Origin: Eledone cirrhosa
Taxonomy: Eukaryota
DNA length: 64,000 bases
NCBI GenBank assembly: GCA_964016885.1
Contig: OZ024741.1
Location: forward strand, 346,146,001 to 346,210,000
Direction of reading: 5' to 3'
Under the pieces are notes generated by a model. That model saw only the letters and a program-made list of their open reading frames with translations, was not told the origin of the DNA and ran no database searches. The position numbers and the translations under genes are program-made. This document shows, piece after piece, positions 29,023-40,386 of this stretch (position 1 is its first letter; each line of letters begins with the position of its first letter).

Positions 29023-30627
29023 ATAATAATAAAATTGAAGACTAAAATCCAGAGAGGGCTCGATAAGGAAAATATATATCAAATATGTAGGAACCGAAGA
29101 GCAAATATTTATTAAAATAACAGATTAAAGTTTAAGCAAAGAATCGCTGCTTTCACCCTTAACGGGATCTTCTGAAACTAACAAAGTCAATCTGTAAACG
29201 CAGAACTGGATATTTCAAAAAACGTTGCAACCGGAGGAAGACAGGAAGACGATACTTTGGTTCATGGTGACGTTCGCTGGCAAATAACGGGAAAAAACGA
29301 ATAATACGTCATTAATAGGAGCGGTGAAAAACAATTACGTGCAAGGACAGAACCACGTTTATGGTATAAAAGAGGTCGTAGACTAATGTTCTCTAAGTGG
29401 TGCATAGAGACGTTCTCTGGCAATGAACGAAAAAACGAAGATAATAAGTCATATGTGGAGCGTGGAGAACAATAGCATGCAAAGACAAAACCACGTAAAT
29501 GGTATAGCAGAAGTCGTAGACTAAAATTCTAACTAGGAGACCGAATGAATCTCCGCTACCTGTTAAGAACAAAGTAAATAAGTACAATACAGAAGTAATA
29601 GGAACAAATAAATACATACACGCAAACAGATACGTACATACACAAGCATACGCAAAACCTTACCATAGGTATACAAAACCACGCACATATAAATATGTGT
29701 ATGTGTGTATGCTTGTGTACAAATAAATAAATAATTGTATAAACGTATATAAGTAAATAAGTACGTATATAACAAGCGCACACACATACCTACAAATAAA
29801 TACATGAAGGTTCGGAGACGAAAGTCAACTAAAACAAGAAGTACACATAACACACACCCACCATACGTACGAACCTACATACTCACGCAGACGCGAAGCT
29901 CCATATACACATAACCCAGCCCTAAATACCAGAATATGTAAAAATTATACGCCAAAACAGTCAAATATACGTACGAGAAGGTATACATACCTTCACAAAA
30001 CATACGGGTAATATATACTCACCTATGCAAAAAGTAAAGGAATAAACAAAACATATACTTAGCTCCCACATCAAGACGTAAATATCCACGTATAGATCGT
30101 GCTATCCGTTAGGGTATAACGTGGGGCTGTAATACAGGAAAGTTTTGTGCAATTTATGTTTACAAGCCGAAATTGCCTCAGATTTTTTGTTTAAGATGTG
30201 GTCTGTGGCGTAGAGTATTTCCAGGGCCTCAGCGGCGCAGAGGTCACATGGTCTTTTATTTCCGTTATACGATCTAGCCCTAGCTAGGATCTCCCAGTGT
30301 AACTTATATTGGGTGTGGTTGTCTTTTAGACTCCAGATATAAGCTGAAAGTGACGTCATATTCCTTCTTAGAGGGTAACGAAAAGAATGGGTATGCATGT
30401 AAAGACGCTGCTTGAAACTATTGGCGGTTAACGCTATGTAGGCCCTACGGGACGTGGGTGTTACAACCTTACATTTGTAGACAATGTTACTAGAGAGGCA
30501 TTTCCCGGATAGGGGACAATCAGCCCGATTCCTACAATTACAGTTAGTACTAACTACAGGGTTGCACGTGTTCTTACGGCTAGGTATTTTAGCTAAATTT
30601 GAAGCTGTGATGTTATGTGCAAGGTTA
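29020..30627 (-). mobile_element. PLE family A deleted tandem unit 1 (EN plus pseudo-LTR; variant HHR at 29120-29195)
   Basis: Near-identical to 32235-33841. Confidence 0.9.
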
Positions 30628-32234
30628 GTAATAATAATAAATTTGAAGACTAAAATCCAAAGAGGGCTCGATAAGGATAAATATATATCAAATATATAAG
30701 AACCGTAGAGCAAATATTTATTAAAATAACAGATTAAAGTTTAAGCAAAGTATCGCTGCTTTCACCCTTAACGGGATCTTCTGAAACTAACAAAGTCAAT
30801 CTGTAAACGCAGAACTGGACATTTCAAAAAACGTTGCAACCGGAGGAAGACAGGAAGACGATACTTTGGTTCGTGGAAACGTTTGCTGGCAAAGAACGGG
30901 AAAAAACGAATGATACGTCATTAATAGGAGCGGTGAAAAACAATTACGCGCAAAGACAGAACCACGTTTATGGTATAAAAGAGGCCGTAGACTAATGTTT
31001 TCTTAGGTGGTGCATAGAGACGTTCTCTGGCAATGAACGAAAAAACGAAGATAATACGTCATATGTGGAGCGTGGAGAACAATAACACGCAAAGACAAAA
31101 CCACGTAAATGGTATAGCAGAAGTCGTAGACTAAAATTCTAACTAGGAGACAAAAGAATCTCCGCTACAGAGTTAAGAACAAAGTAAATAAATACAATAC
31201 AGAAGTAATAGAAATAAATAAATACATACACGCAAACAAATACGTACATACACAAGCATACGCAAAACCTTACCATAGGTATACAAAACCACGCACATAT
31301 AAATATGTGTGTGTGCGTATGCGTGTATACAAATAAATAAATAATTATATAAACGTATATAAATAAATAAATACGTATATAACAAGCGCACACACATGCC
31401 TAGATATAAATACACGAATGTTCGGAGACGTAAGTCAACTAAAACAAGAAGTACACATATACACCCACCCACCATACGTACGAACCTGCACAGAGGCAAA
31501 ACTCCCCTATACACATAGCCAAACCCTACGTACCAGAATATATAAAAAATTATACGCCATAACAATCAAATATACGTACGAGAAGGTATACGTACTTTCA
31601 CAAAACATACGGGTAATATATACTTACCTATGCAAATAAGTAAAGGAATAAACAAAACATATACTTAGCTTCCACATCAAGACGTAAAATAACCACGTAT
31701 AGATCGTACTATCCGTTTGGGTATAACGTGGGGCTGTAATACAGGAAAGTTTTGTGCAATTTTTGTTTACAAGCCGAAATTGCCTCAGATTTTTTGTTTA
31801 AGATGTGGTCTGTGGCGTAGAGTATTTCCAGGGCCTCAGCGGCGCAGAGGTCACATGGTCTTTTATTTCCGTTATACGATCTAGCCCTAGCTAGGATCTC
31901 CCAGTGTAACTTATATTGGGTGTGGTTGTCTTTTAGACTCCAGATATAAACTGAAAGTGACGTCATATTCCTTCTCAGAGGGTAACGAAAAGAATGGGTA
32001 TGCATGTAAAGACGCTGCTTGAAACTATTGGCGGTTAACGCTATGTAGGCCCTACGGGACGTGGGTGTTACAACCTTACATTTGTAGACAATGTTACTAG
32101 AGAGGCATTTCCCGGATAGGGGACAATCAGCCCGATTCCTACAATTACAGTTAGTACTAACTACAGGGTTGCACGTGATCCTACGGCTAGGTATTTTAGC
32201 TAAATTTGAAGCTGTGATGTTATGTGAAAGGTTA
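30628..32234 (-). mobile_element. PLE family A deleted tandem unit 2 (variant HHR at 30729-30804)
   Basis: 1607-bp period; same junction as unit 1. Confidence 0.9.
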
Positions 32235-33231
32235 GTAATAATAATAAATTTGAAGACTAAAATCCAAAGAGGGCTCGATAATGATAAATATATATCAAAT
32301 ATATAAGAACCGTAGAGCAAATATTTATTAAAATAACATATTAAAGTTTAAGCAAAGGATCGCTGCTTTCACCCTTAACGGGATCTTCTGAAACTAACAA
32401 AGTCAATCTGTAAACGCAGAACTGGACATTTCAAAAAACGTTGCAACAGGAGGAAGACAGGAAGACGATACTTTGGTTCGTGGAAACGTTCGCTGGCAAA
32501 GAACGGGAAAAAACGAATAATACGTCATTAATAGGAGCGGTGAAAAACAATTACGCGCAAAGACAGAACCACGTTTATGGTATAAAAGAGGCCGTAGACT
32601 AATGTTTTCTTAGGTGGTGCATAGAGACGTTCTCTGGCAATGAACGAAAAAACGAAGATAATACGTCATATGTGGAGCGTGGAGAACAATAACACGCAAA
32701 GACAAAACCATGTAAATGGTATAGCAGAAGTCGTAGACTAAAATTCTAACTAGGAGACCAAAAGAATCTCCGCTACAGAGTTTAGAACAAAGTAAACAAA
32801 TACAATACAGAAGTAATAGAAATAAATAAATACATACACGCAAACAAATACGTACATACACAAGCATACGCAAAACCTTACCATAGGTATACAAAACCAC
32901 GCACATATAAATATGTGTGTGTGCGTATGCGTGTATACAAATAAATAAATAATTATATAAACGTATATAAATAAATAAATACGTATATAACAAGCGCACA
33001 CACATGCCTACATATAAATACACGAATGTTCGGAGACGTAAGTCAACTAAAACAAGAAGTACACATATACACCCACCCACCATACGTACGAACCTGCACA
33101 GACGCAAAACTCCCCTATACACATAGCCAAACCCTACCTACCAGAATATATAAAAAATTATACGCCATAACAATCAAACATACGTACGAGAATGTATACG
33201 TACTTTCACAAAACATACGGGTAATATATAC

Positions 33232-35457
33232 TTACCTATACAAATAAGTAAAGGAATAAACAAAACATATACTTAGCTTCCACATCAAGACGTAAAATAA
33301 CCACGTATAGATCGTACTATCCGTTTGGGTATAACGTGGGGCTGTAATACAGGAAAGTTTGTGCAATTTATGTTTACAAGCCGAAATTGCCTCAGATTTT
33401 TTGTTTAAGATGTGGTCTGTGGCGTAGAGTATTTCCAGGGCCTCAACGGCGCAGAGGTCACATGGTCTTTTATTTCTGTTATACGATCTAGCCCTAGCTA
33501 GGATCTCCCAGTGTAACTTATATTGGGTGTGGTTGTCTTTTAGACTCCAGATATAAGCTGAAAGTGACGTCATATTCCTTCTTAGAGGGAAACGAAAAGA
33601 ATGGGTATGCATGTAAAGACGCTGCTTGAAACTATTGGCAGTTAACCCTATGTAGGCCCTACGTGACGTGGGTGTTACAACCTTACATTTGTAGACACTG
33701 TTACTAGAGAGGCAATTCCCGGATAGGGGGCAATCAGCCCGATTCCTACAATTACAGTTAGTACTAACTACAGGGTTGCACGTGTTCCTACGGCTAGGTA
33801 GTTTAGCTAAATTTGAAGCTGTGATGTTATGTGCAAGGTTAGATGTCGTAGAGTAAGAAATTTTAATAGTATTTCTATTAAAAATTTTACTATATTTATG
33901 TCTAGGGGGAAAATGCTTCGTAATAAGGGAAAGAAAGATCTTAGCTAATGGTGTGGCCACCTCCATATTATATGGTGGGTTATACCAACAAATGCGACGG
34001 GATATATTTCTTCTAGGTCTATTTTCGTACTCTGCATATGCTACCTTATCGACAAATCCACTTCGAGCAAGAGCTTCATTGTAATAAGTGGAATGGTCGT
34101 TGAAAATACGCTCGTTGGTGGAAAAACGGGAAAGCCTCAACGAAACGTTTCTTACCAGGTTCTTGGTTATGCTGGCAGGATGGTTGAAATGCTTACTTAT
34201 GTAATTAAGCGTATCATTCGACTTTCTATACGGGTAATACAACCCATTCAATAAATTGAGGGTAACGTCGAGGTAATTAACGACCGAGAGATTGGCCTCA
34301 ACCTGTATAGAGAGGTTGAAGCCTTTAAAGAAGGCTGTGAGTTCTTTTCTGAACCTGTCGCAAGCACGAGGTCCGCACTTAGTCATGGTCAAAGGACCAT
34401 CGTCACGGTACAAACCACCGCCCGCGTTGGGGAATTCGTCCTTGATAGAGAAAAGAAGGAAAAGGCCAATAATATCAGTAACCTCCGCAGAGTCACTGGC
34501 GCCCATACTCACGTCGAATGGGGTACTATTGGATTTTTTAATCCAAATAGAGTCGTCGAAATTAATCACCGACTTTCGGGCATTGAGGATGACATCAACT
34601 TCGAAATCCTTAACCACTGTGAGTGTTTTAGCGAAATTGATAGCTCTAAGGAGAAGTGGTAAAGTGATGGAGGAGTAGTAATTGTTGATGTCGAATTGGA
34701 TAAAACAGCAATGTTCCTTGCTACATATGCCGTTGAACCAATCAATCACCGCGAAAGAATTGTTCCACAGTGCAAGAGGGGCCAAAATTCTAATTTCAGG
34801 TATAATTCTATCAAGAATCGTTTTACTAAGTCTACCTAAATCGGACTTCGTAGGGTTAATAAGCTGAATAGAGGGGTTGTTCGGAAATTTGGATTTGTGA
34901 TCCTTCAGGGTAGAGTGGGGAGAAATAGGGTCCAGAGGTTCGGTCCGGTCCAGGATGTTGAGATCAGATGTGATTTTAAACCCAGCATCGTTGATTTCAT
35001 TGATGACGCACCGATTAGTTTTACGGTAATCCTTAGTTACAGCATTATGTAGTAGTTGATGGTAAGTACTGCGCTCCACTTGATATAGGTTGCCAGTTTT
35101 GTCGGAATTCACGTGCACTTCGTTAGAATCCTTAATAGAACGAATTCTATTCTTCAGGTCTTGCTGGAAGAAATTGCTCCTATTCTGAAATTTGATACTC
35201 CGAATGAGTTCCAAGACATCATTTTCAAAGGGTAGCAATGCTGGGTTCCACGGGGGGGGGGGGGGGGGGTTATTATAGGTCTTAAATCCAAATTTATCCT
35301 GTTTGTTGTCTGCTTTTTGCGGATTATCGAAATAAAAGGCACGCCAACGCAACCTTTTAATGAACGCGTCTGTTTTCTGTATCAGGAGTTTTAAGTATGT
35401 TTTCCTGCTTGGTACGGGTATGTTCTTTGTAGAAATATTCAGATGTTGTTTCTGCAT
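33232..35457 (-). CDS. PLE reverse transcriptase-GIY-YIG endonuclease, near intact (1-nt deletion near 33358 alters the last residues)
   Basis: LRWRA, SDKTGN, LKDHK, FIQFDINNYYSSI, MGASDSAE, GLYRDDG, VNYLDVTL, CNCRNRADCPLSGNC, VYKC..YIGLT..FKQRLYMH, CDLC..E..CKH. The sister copies end [13 protein letters not shown]. Confidence 0.92.
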   Translation of the reverse strand: MQKQHLNISTKNIPVPSRKTYLKLLIQKTDAFIKRLRWRAFYFDNPQKADNKQDKFGFKTYNNPPPPPPWNPALLPFENDVLELIRSIKFQNRSNFFQQDLKNRIRSIKDSNEVHVNSDKTGNLYQVERSTYHQLLHNAVTKDYRKTNRCVINEINDAGFKITSDLNILDRTEPLDPISPHSTLKDHKSKFPNNPSIQLINPTKSDLGRLSKTILDRIIPEIRILAPLALWNNSFAVIDWFNGICSKEHCCFIQFDINNYYSSITLPLLLRAINFAKTLTVVKDFEVDVILNARKSVINFDDSIWIKKSNSTPFDVSMGASDSAEVTDIIGLFLLFSIKDEFPNAGGGLYRDDGPLTMTKCGPRACDRFRKELTAFFKGFNLSIQVEANLSVVNYLDVTLNLLNGLYYPYRKSNDTLNYISKHFNHPASITKNLVRNVSLRLSRFSTNERIFNDHSTYYNEALARSGFVDKVAYAEYENRPRRNISRRICWYNPPYNMEVATPLAKIFLSLITKHFPPRHKYSKIFNRNTIKISYSTTSNLAHNITASNLAKLPSRRNTCNPVVSTNCNCRNRADCPLSGNCLSSNSVYKCKVVTPTSRRAYIGLTANSFKQRLYMHTHSFRFPLRRNMTSLSAYIWSLKDNHTQYKLHWEILARARSYNRNKRPCDLCAVEALEILYATDHILNKKSEAISACKHKLHKLSCITAPRYTQTDSTIYTWLFYVLMWKLSICFVYSFTYLYR

Positions 35458-36110
35458 GATGAATATAAGTCAGTAGAGTGCTCAATCGAGGGAGCCAAAT
35501 AGTAATAATAATAAATTTGAAGACTAAAATCCAATATACATATTTATTTATTTATATACGTTTATATAATTATTTATTTATTTGTATACACGCATACACA
35601 CACACACATATTTATATGTGCGTGGTTTTGTATACATATGGTAAGGTTTTGCGTATGCTTGTGTATGTCCGTATTTGTTTGCGTGTATGTATTTATTTAT
35701 TTCTATTACTTCTGTATTGTATTTATTTACTTTGTTCTTAACTCTGTAGCGGAGATTCTTTTGGTCTCCTAGTTAGAATTTTAGTCTACGACTTCTGCTA
35801 TACCATTTACGTGGTTTTGTCTTTGCGTGCTATTGTTCTCCACTCTCCACATATGACGTATTATCTTCGTTTTTTCGTTCATTGCCAGAGAACGTCTCTA
35901 TGCACCACCTAAGAAAACATTAGTCTACGGCCTCTTTTATACCATAAACGTGGTTCTGTCTTTGCGCGCAATTGTTTTTCACCGATCCTATTAATGACGT
36001 ATTATTCGTTTTTTCCCGTTCTTTGCCAGCAAACGTTTCCACGAACCAAAGTATCGTCTTCCCGTCTTCCTCCGGTTGCAACGTTTTTTGAAATATCAAG
36101 TTCTGCGTTT

Positions 36111-36186
36111 ACAGATTGACTTTGTTAGTTTCAGAAGATCCCGTTAAGCGTGAAAGCAGCGATCCTTTGCTTAAACTTTAATCTGT
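36111..36186 (+). ncRNA. Variant HHR-like fold (H2, CAGAAGA core) in the family A pLTR
   Basis: ACAGATTGA..AGTTT-CAGAAGA-TCCC-GTTAA-G(G/C)GT-GAAA-GCA..TGC-TT-AAACT-TTAATCTGT. Seven copies in the window. Confidence 0.6.
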
Positions 36187-36274
36187 TATTTTAATTTTTA
36201 ATTAATATATATATATATATTTATATATATATATATATATACATGCATATATATATATATATATATATATATGC

Positions 36275-36354
<80 letters not shown>

Positions 36355-36359
<5 letters not shown>

Positions 36360-36970
36360 TAAAGTGGTCCTTCATCAGTGATCTTCCAACCATCATCGGT
36401 ATCTCTTCGCTTTAAAGACCATATACCTCCGGTTGGTGCAAGCAACGGCTAAAGAAAGTCGTTGGGAAACGTAAATAAAGAGAACAGCGAGAGTGTAAAC
36501 AAACAATGATGTGGAAGCAACGAAAAGTGAGGAAGAACGAGTCAAGTCCCAAATTTCCATGAATATAAGTTCGGTGAAATCGTGAACGAGAGAGAATAAA
36601 GACCATCAAAGCTGGTTGAAATGTGAGCAAGGAAGGAATTCCGCACAGGTCTACCGGGATGAAGAAGGGGTCTAGTCCGTGAATTCGGTGAACATAAGTT
36701 CTGTGGAATCGTAGACGAGAGAGAGAAAAAAAGGCGAACCAGCCTGACCAAGCGTGCGAAAGAAAAGAATTACGCACAGGTAAAGCGGGAAGAAGGAGGA
36801 GGAGGAGAGGTAGTAACAGAGAGTGAGTGAGTGAAGGGTGATGAAGAGGCTAACAGAGAGAGTGACTGTTAGAGAGGGTAAAGATACAGAGAAAGAGGAA
36901 GCAGTAAGAACGAAATAGACGGGTGACAGCGGGGGAAAAAATATGTGTAAATTTGAAAACAACGTGCTGC

Positions 36971-36971
<1 letters not shown>
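36355..36971 (-). mobile_element. ~620-bp non-coding interspersed repeat, one unit; related to 56721-57703
   Basis: Colinear with the reverse complement of ~57070-57655. (TA)n on both sides. Confidence 0.75.
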
Positions 36972-37062
<91 letters not shown>

Positions 37063-37065
<3 letters not shown>

Positions 37066-37211
37066 GGAAACAATGTTTTAGTCGGTCTTTCCAGTTGCTA
37101 AGACTATCTATCGGTCGCAACTCCAAGTAGAAGGAGCAACGAGAAATAAAGTGTCTTGCTCAAAGACATAATGCATCGCTCGGTCCAGGCTTCGAACTCA
37201 CAACCTCAAGA
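37063..37211 (-). mobile_element. CORE-type tRNA SINE, 5'-truncated
   Basis: Reverse complement contains GAGTTCGAAGCC and TGTCTTTGAGCAAGACACTT. Confidence 0.7.
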
Positions 37212-37214
37212 TAA

Positions 37215-37257
<43 letters not shown>

Positions 37258-37259
37258 CA

Positions 37260-37418
37260 TAACAAAGAAAGTGTGGTAAGTAACCAGGTGCACCACAGTA
37301 CTCGATAGTTAGGGTAGTAGAGTGGGTAATCTGAAAAGAGTCAGGACCCCGATGGCTGAGCCCCGGCCGATTCGACAGCTAGATCCGGACAGCGGTTGGG
37401 GTTCTGACTCTTTTCCTA
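37260..37418 (-). mobile_element. Short GC-rich hairpin repeat (pLTR-like fragment); also at 42820-42958 and 48899-49098
   Basis: Shared AACAAAGAAA..GTGGTAAG..ACCAGGTG..GTACTCGATA..AGGGTA..GAAAAGAGT and a self-complementary GAAAAGAGTCAG..CTGACTCTTTTC. Confidence 0.7.
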
Positions 37419-37424
37419 GATATA

Positions 37425-37486
<62 letters not shown>

Positions 37487-37487
<1 letters not shown>

Positions 37488-37632
37488 CTTGAGGTTGTGA
37501 GTTCGAAGCCTGGACCGGGCGATGCATTATGTCCTTGAGCAAGACACTTTATTTCTCGTTGCTCCTTCTACCTGGAGTTGGGACCGATAGATAGTCTTAG
37601 CAACTGGAAAGACCGACGAAAACATTGTTTCC

Positions 37633-37636
<4 letters not shown>
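37487..37636 (+). mobile_element. CORE-type SINE, inverted twin of 37063-37211
   Basis: Same end points, opposite strand. Confidence 0.75.
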
Positions 37637-37702
<66 letters not shown>

Positions 37703-37916
37703 GTTGTTTTAATTGTTTTATAAAGTCTTTGTTTCTAGGTAGAGGTATGTCTTTTAAAGAGGAAGTAATCTTAAAGAATTCCATTTTCCAGTTATAATAT
37801 AAAACGCTCAACAATATTGGAGCAAGATATATGGAAAGTTATATTTAAATTGTTGTGTTACAACTAGTAAATATTTATAACTGATATAAAAGCACTCGAT
37901 AAAACTGTTTATATTG

Positions 37917-37982
37917 TATTTTGTCTGAGGAAGGCATAGCATATTGTTAATATGTTATCCCTGAAATATATATAATGAAATA
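37917..37982 (+). ncRNA. Type I HHR (H6) in the 5' pLTR
   Basis: TATTTTGT-CTGAGGA-AGGCATAGCATATT..AATATGTTATCCCT-GAAA-TATATA-TA-ATGAAATA. Confidence 0.8.
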
Positions 37983-38159
37983 AATATGGTTTTATAAATA
38001 TAGTTTCCATTTATTTAATATTGTAAATATACTCCAAATATTTGTCGAGTGCTTTTATATCAGTTATAAATATTTACTAGTTGTAACACAACAATTTAAA
38101 TATAACTTTCCATATATCTTGCTCCAATATTGTTGAGCGCTTTATATTATAACTGGAAA

Positions 38160-40386
38160 ATGGAATTCTTTAAGATTACTTCCTCTTTAAAAGACATACC
38201 TCTACCTAGAAACAAAGACTTTATAAAACAATTAATAGATAAATCTGACTCTTTTATAAGGAGAATCAGGTGGCGAGCATTCCACTTTGATAAATCTAAT
38301 ACAAACGAAAATGTCTCGGACTTAAACAAAGTTTTCAAATCTAAAAGAAATCCACCCCCTAACAAACTTTTATCTGACTTTGAAAACGATATAATTTCTA
38401 TCATACAAGGGATCAAATTCAAGAGAAACTTCAAAGGCCAGGAATATCTGAAAGGCATTAAGGATAACATTGAGAGCTTAGAGAAAACTGAGAAGATCTT
38501 GGTGAAATCTGACAAGACCAACAACCTCTATGGAGTGCAGAAAGACATGTATAATGGCCTCATACTGAAAGAGCTGAGGAAAAAGTACAAGGTAGCAGAT
38601 AAGGCCGAGCTTGAGAAAATGAATGTTGAAGCATCTTGTATAATGCACGAGTTGGAAATTGAGAACAGAACACAACCTTTCGTGCCCAGGAAACCGAAGA
38701 TCAATATGAAAGATCACAAGCGGAATTTTGAAAATGACCTGCCAGTTAGATTGATCGCACCATCAAAATCGGACCTGGGCAAATTAAGCAAAAACATTCT
38801 TGACAGGGTGATACAGCAAATTAAGAACTTGGATTGTTTATCTAACCCGAGCTTGTGGAAGGGAACTGGAGAAGTCGTTGAGTGGTTTAATGTTTAGTGA
38901 ATTAAATATAACAATAATAATTAGTTTATTCAACTTGATATAGCTAACTATTATTCTTCTATTACCCCTAATCTACTAAATAAGGCACTAAATTACGCAT
39001 TCAAACATACTGACCTAACTAGCAATGAAATGCATATTATATTATCGGCTAGGAAAACTTTGATAGAATTTAATGACCAACTATGGACCAGAGCAGATAG
39101 AGATAGCAATTTTGACATTACTATGGGATCATCCGACTCAGCCCAGGTAACTGACCTTGTGGGTTTATTTTTAATCAATTCGCTACATAGGAAAATACCC
39201 GGTACTACCGGAGGTTTATATAGAGACGACATGCTTTTACTTATTGATAATAATAACTCTGAACTAAATAGAAAATGTAAACAAATTACACAATTTTTTA
39301 ATTACTTTAATCTTAAAATAGAAATTGAAAACAACCATAGAATAGTCAATTTCCTAGATATAACATTAAATCTCAACACATGTCTTCACTATCCTTTTCA
39401 CAAGTTGAATGAAAACTTAAACTATGTAAACTTTAACTCTAACCACCCCAGATCTGTCAAAAACACTATAGTAAACTCTGTCCAAAAACGTATCTCTAGG
39501 ATCTCGTCGAATAGAAAGATTTTCGACGAAAAAGCCCAATACTACAATGAAACATTAGCTAGAGCAGGATATGCTGATAAGATTGTGTACATAGATAATG
39601 ATAGACAAACTAAACAAAGTAACAACTTTTTTAATTACGGCAACATCCTTAACAACTATAATAGAAAGCATTACAATAATTCCAAAGGCCAAAAAAGAAA
39701 TAGAACTAGGAACATAATTTGGTTTGCCCCCCCCCCCCCCCTTCTCACTAAACATTAAAACCCACATCGCTAAACTATTTTTTAAAGCTCTTGATAATCG
39801 CTTCCCTAGAACACATAGATATCACTCAATTTTCAATAGACATACAATTAAATTAACCTACTCATCCACCAAAAATTTAGCACAAAATATCAATAGAATA
39901 AATAATAGGAACTTAAAACCTAGTGATAACAGCATAAATAATATACAAGTTAACAAATGTAACTGTAGAGATAGATCTAAATGTCCGTTAAATAACAACT
40001 GCTTAGTTAAAAATATAGTATACAATTGTAATGTTAATACTGACTCTAATTCTTTTAACTACGTCGGTTCCACATCGACGGAATTTAAACTTCGCTATAA
40101 TAACCACAAGAATTCTTTCACAGATCCAAGTAAAAAATCTTCAACGGCACTATCAGGCGTACTATGGCAACTTAAGCTAGATAACGTTAGATATTCGACG
40201 GCTTGGAATATAGTCTCAAGAGGGATTCCTTTTAATTCATCCTCTGAGACATGTGACCTCTGCGCAGAGGAGATATTCTTTATACTAAAATCTAAAAATT
40301 CCCTTAATCTACGGACAAATTTATTCAGTTGTTGCAAACATAGTTTAAACTCAACGTTTAAATATAAATTTAAATTTAAAATGTAG
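38160..40386 (+). pseudogene. PLE RT-GIY-YIG ORF with stops at ~38895-38925 and a frameshift in the poly-C tract at ~39727-39741
   Basis: IRWRA, KSDKT, MKDHK, FIQLDIANYYSSI, MGSSDSA, GLYRDD, NFLDITL, CNCRDRSKCPL, VYNC..YVGST..FKLRYNNH, CDLCAEE..CCKH. Colinear with the family A protein. Confidence 0.9.

Larger units (their letters stand above)
32235..36200 (-). mobile_element. Full-length PLE family A with an inverted pseudo-LTR (~35535-36200) at its 5' side
   Basis: Complete ORF plus 3' pLTR (variant HHR at 32336-32411). 35502-35534 repeats the 3' terminus. ~35535-36195 is the reverse complement of ~32328-32985. Confidence 0.9.

Noticed and set aside
38895-38900. Selenocysteine TGA in the PLE ORF
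   Set aside because: The TGA is adjacent to TAG stops, the EN is C-terminal, and no SECIS was identified. Decay is the simpler explanation.
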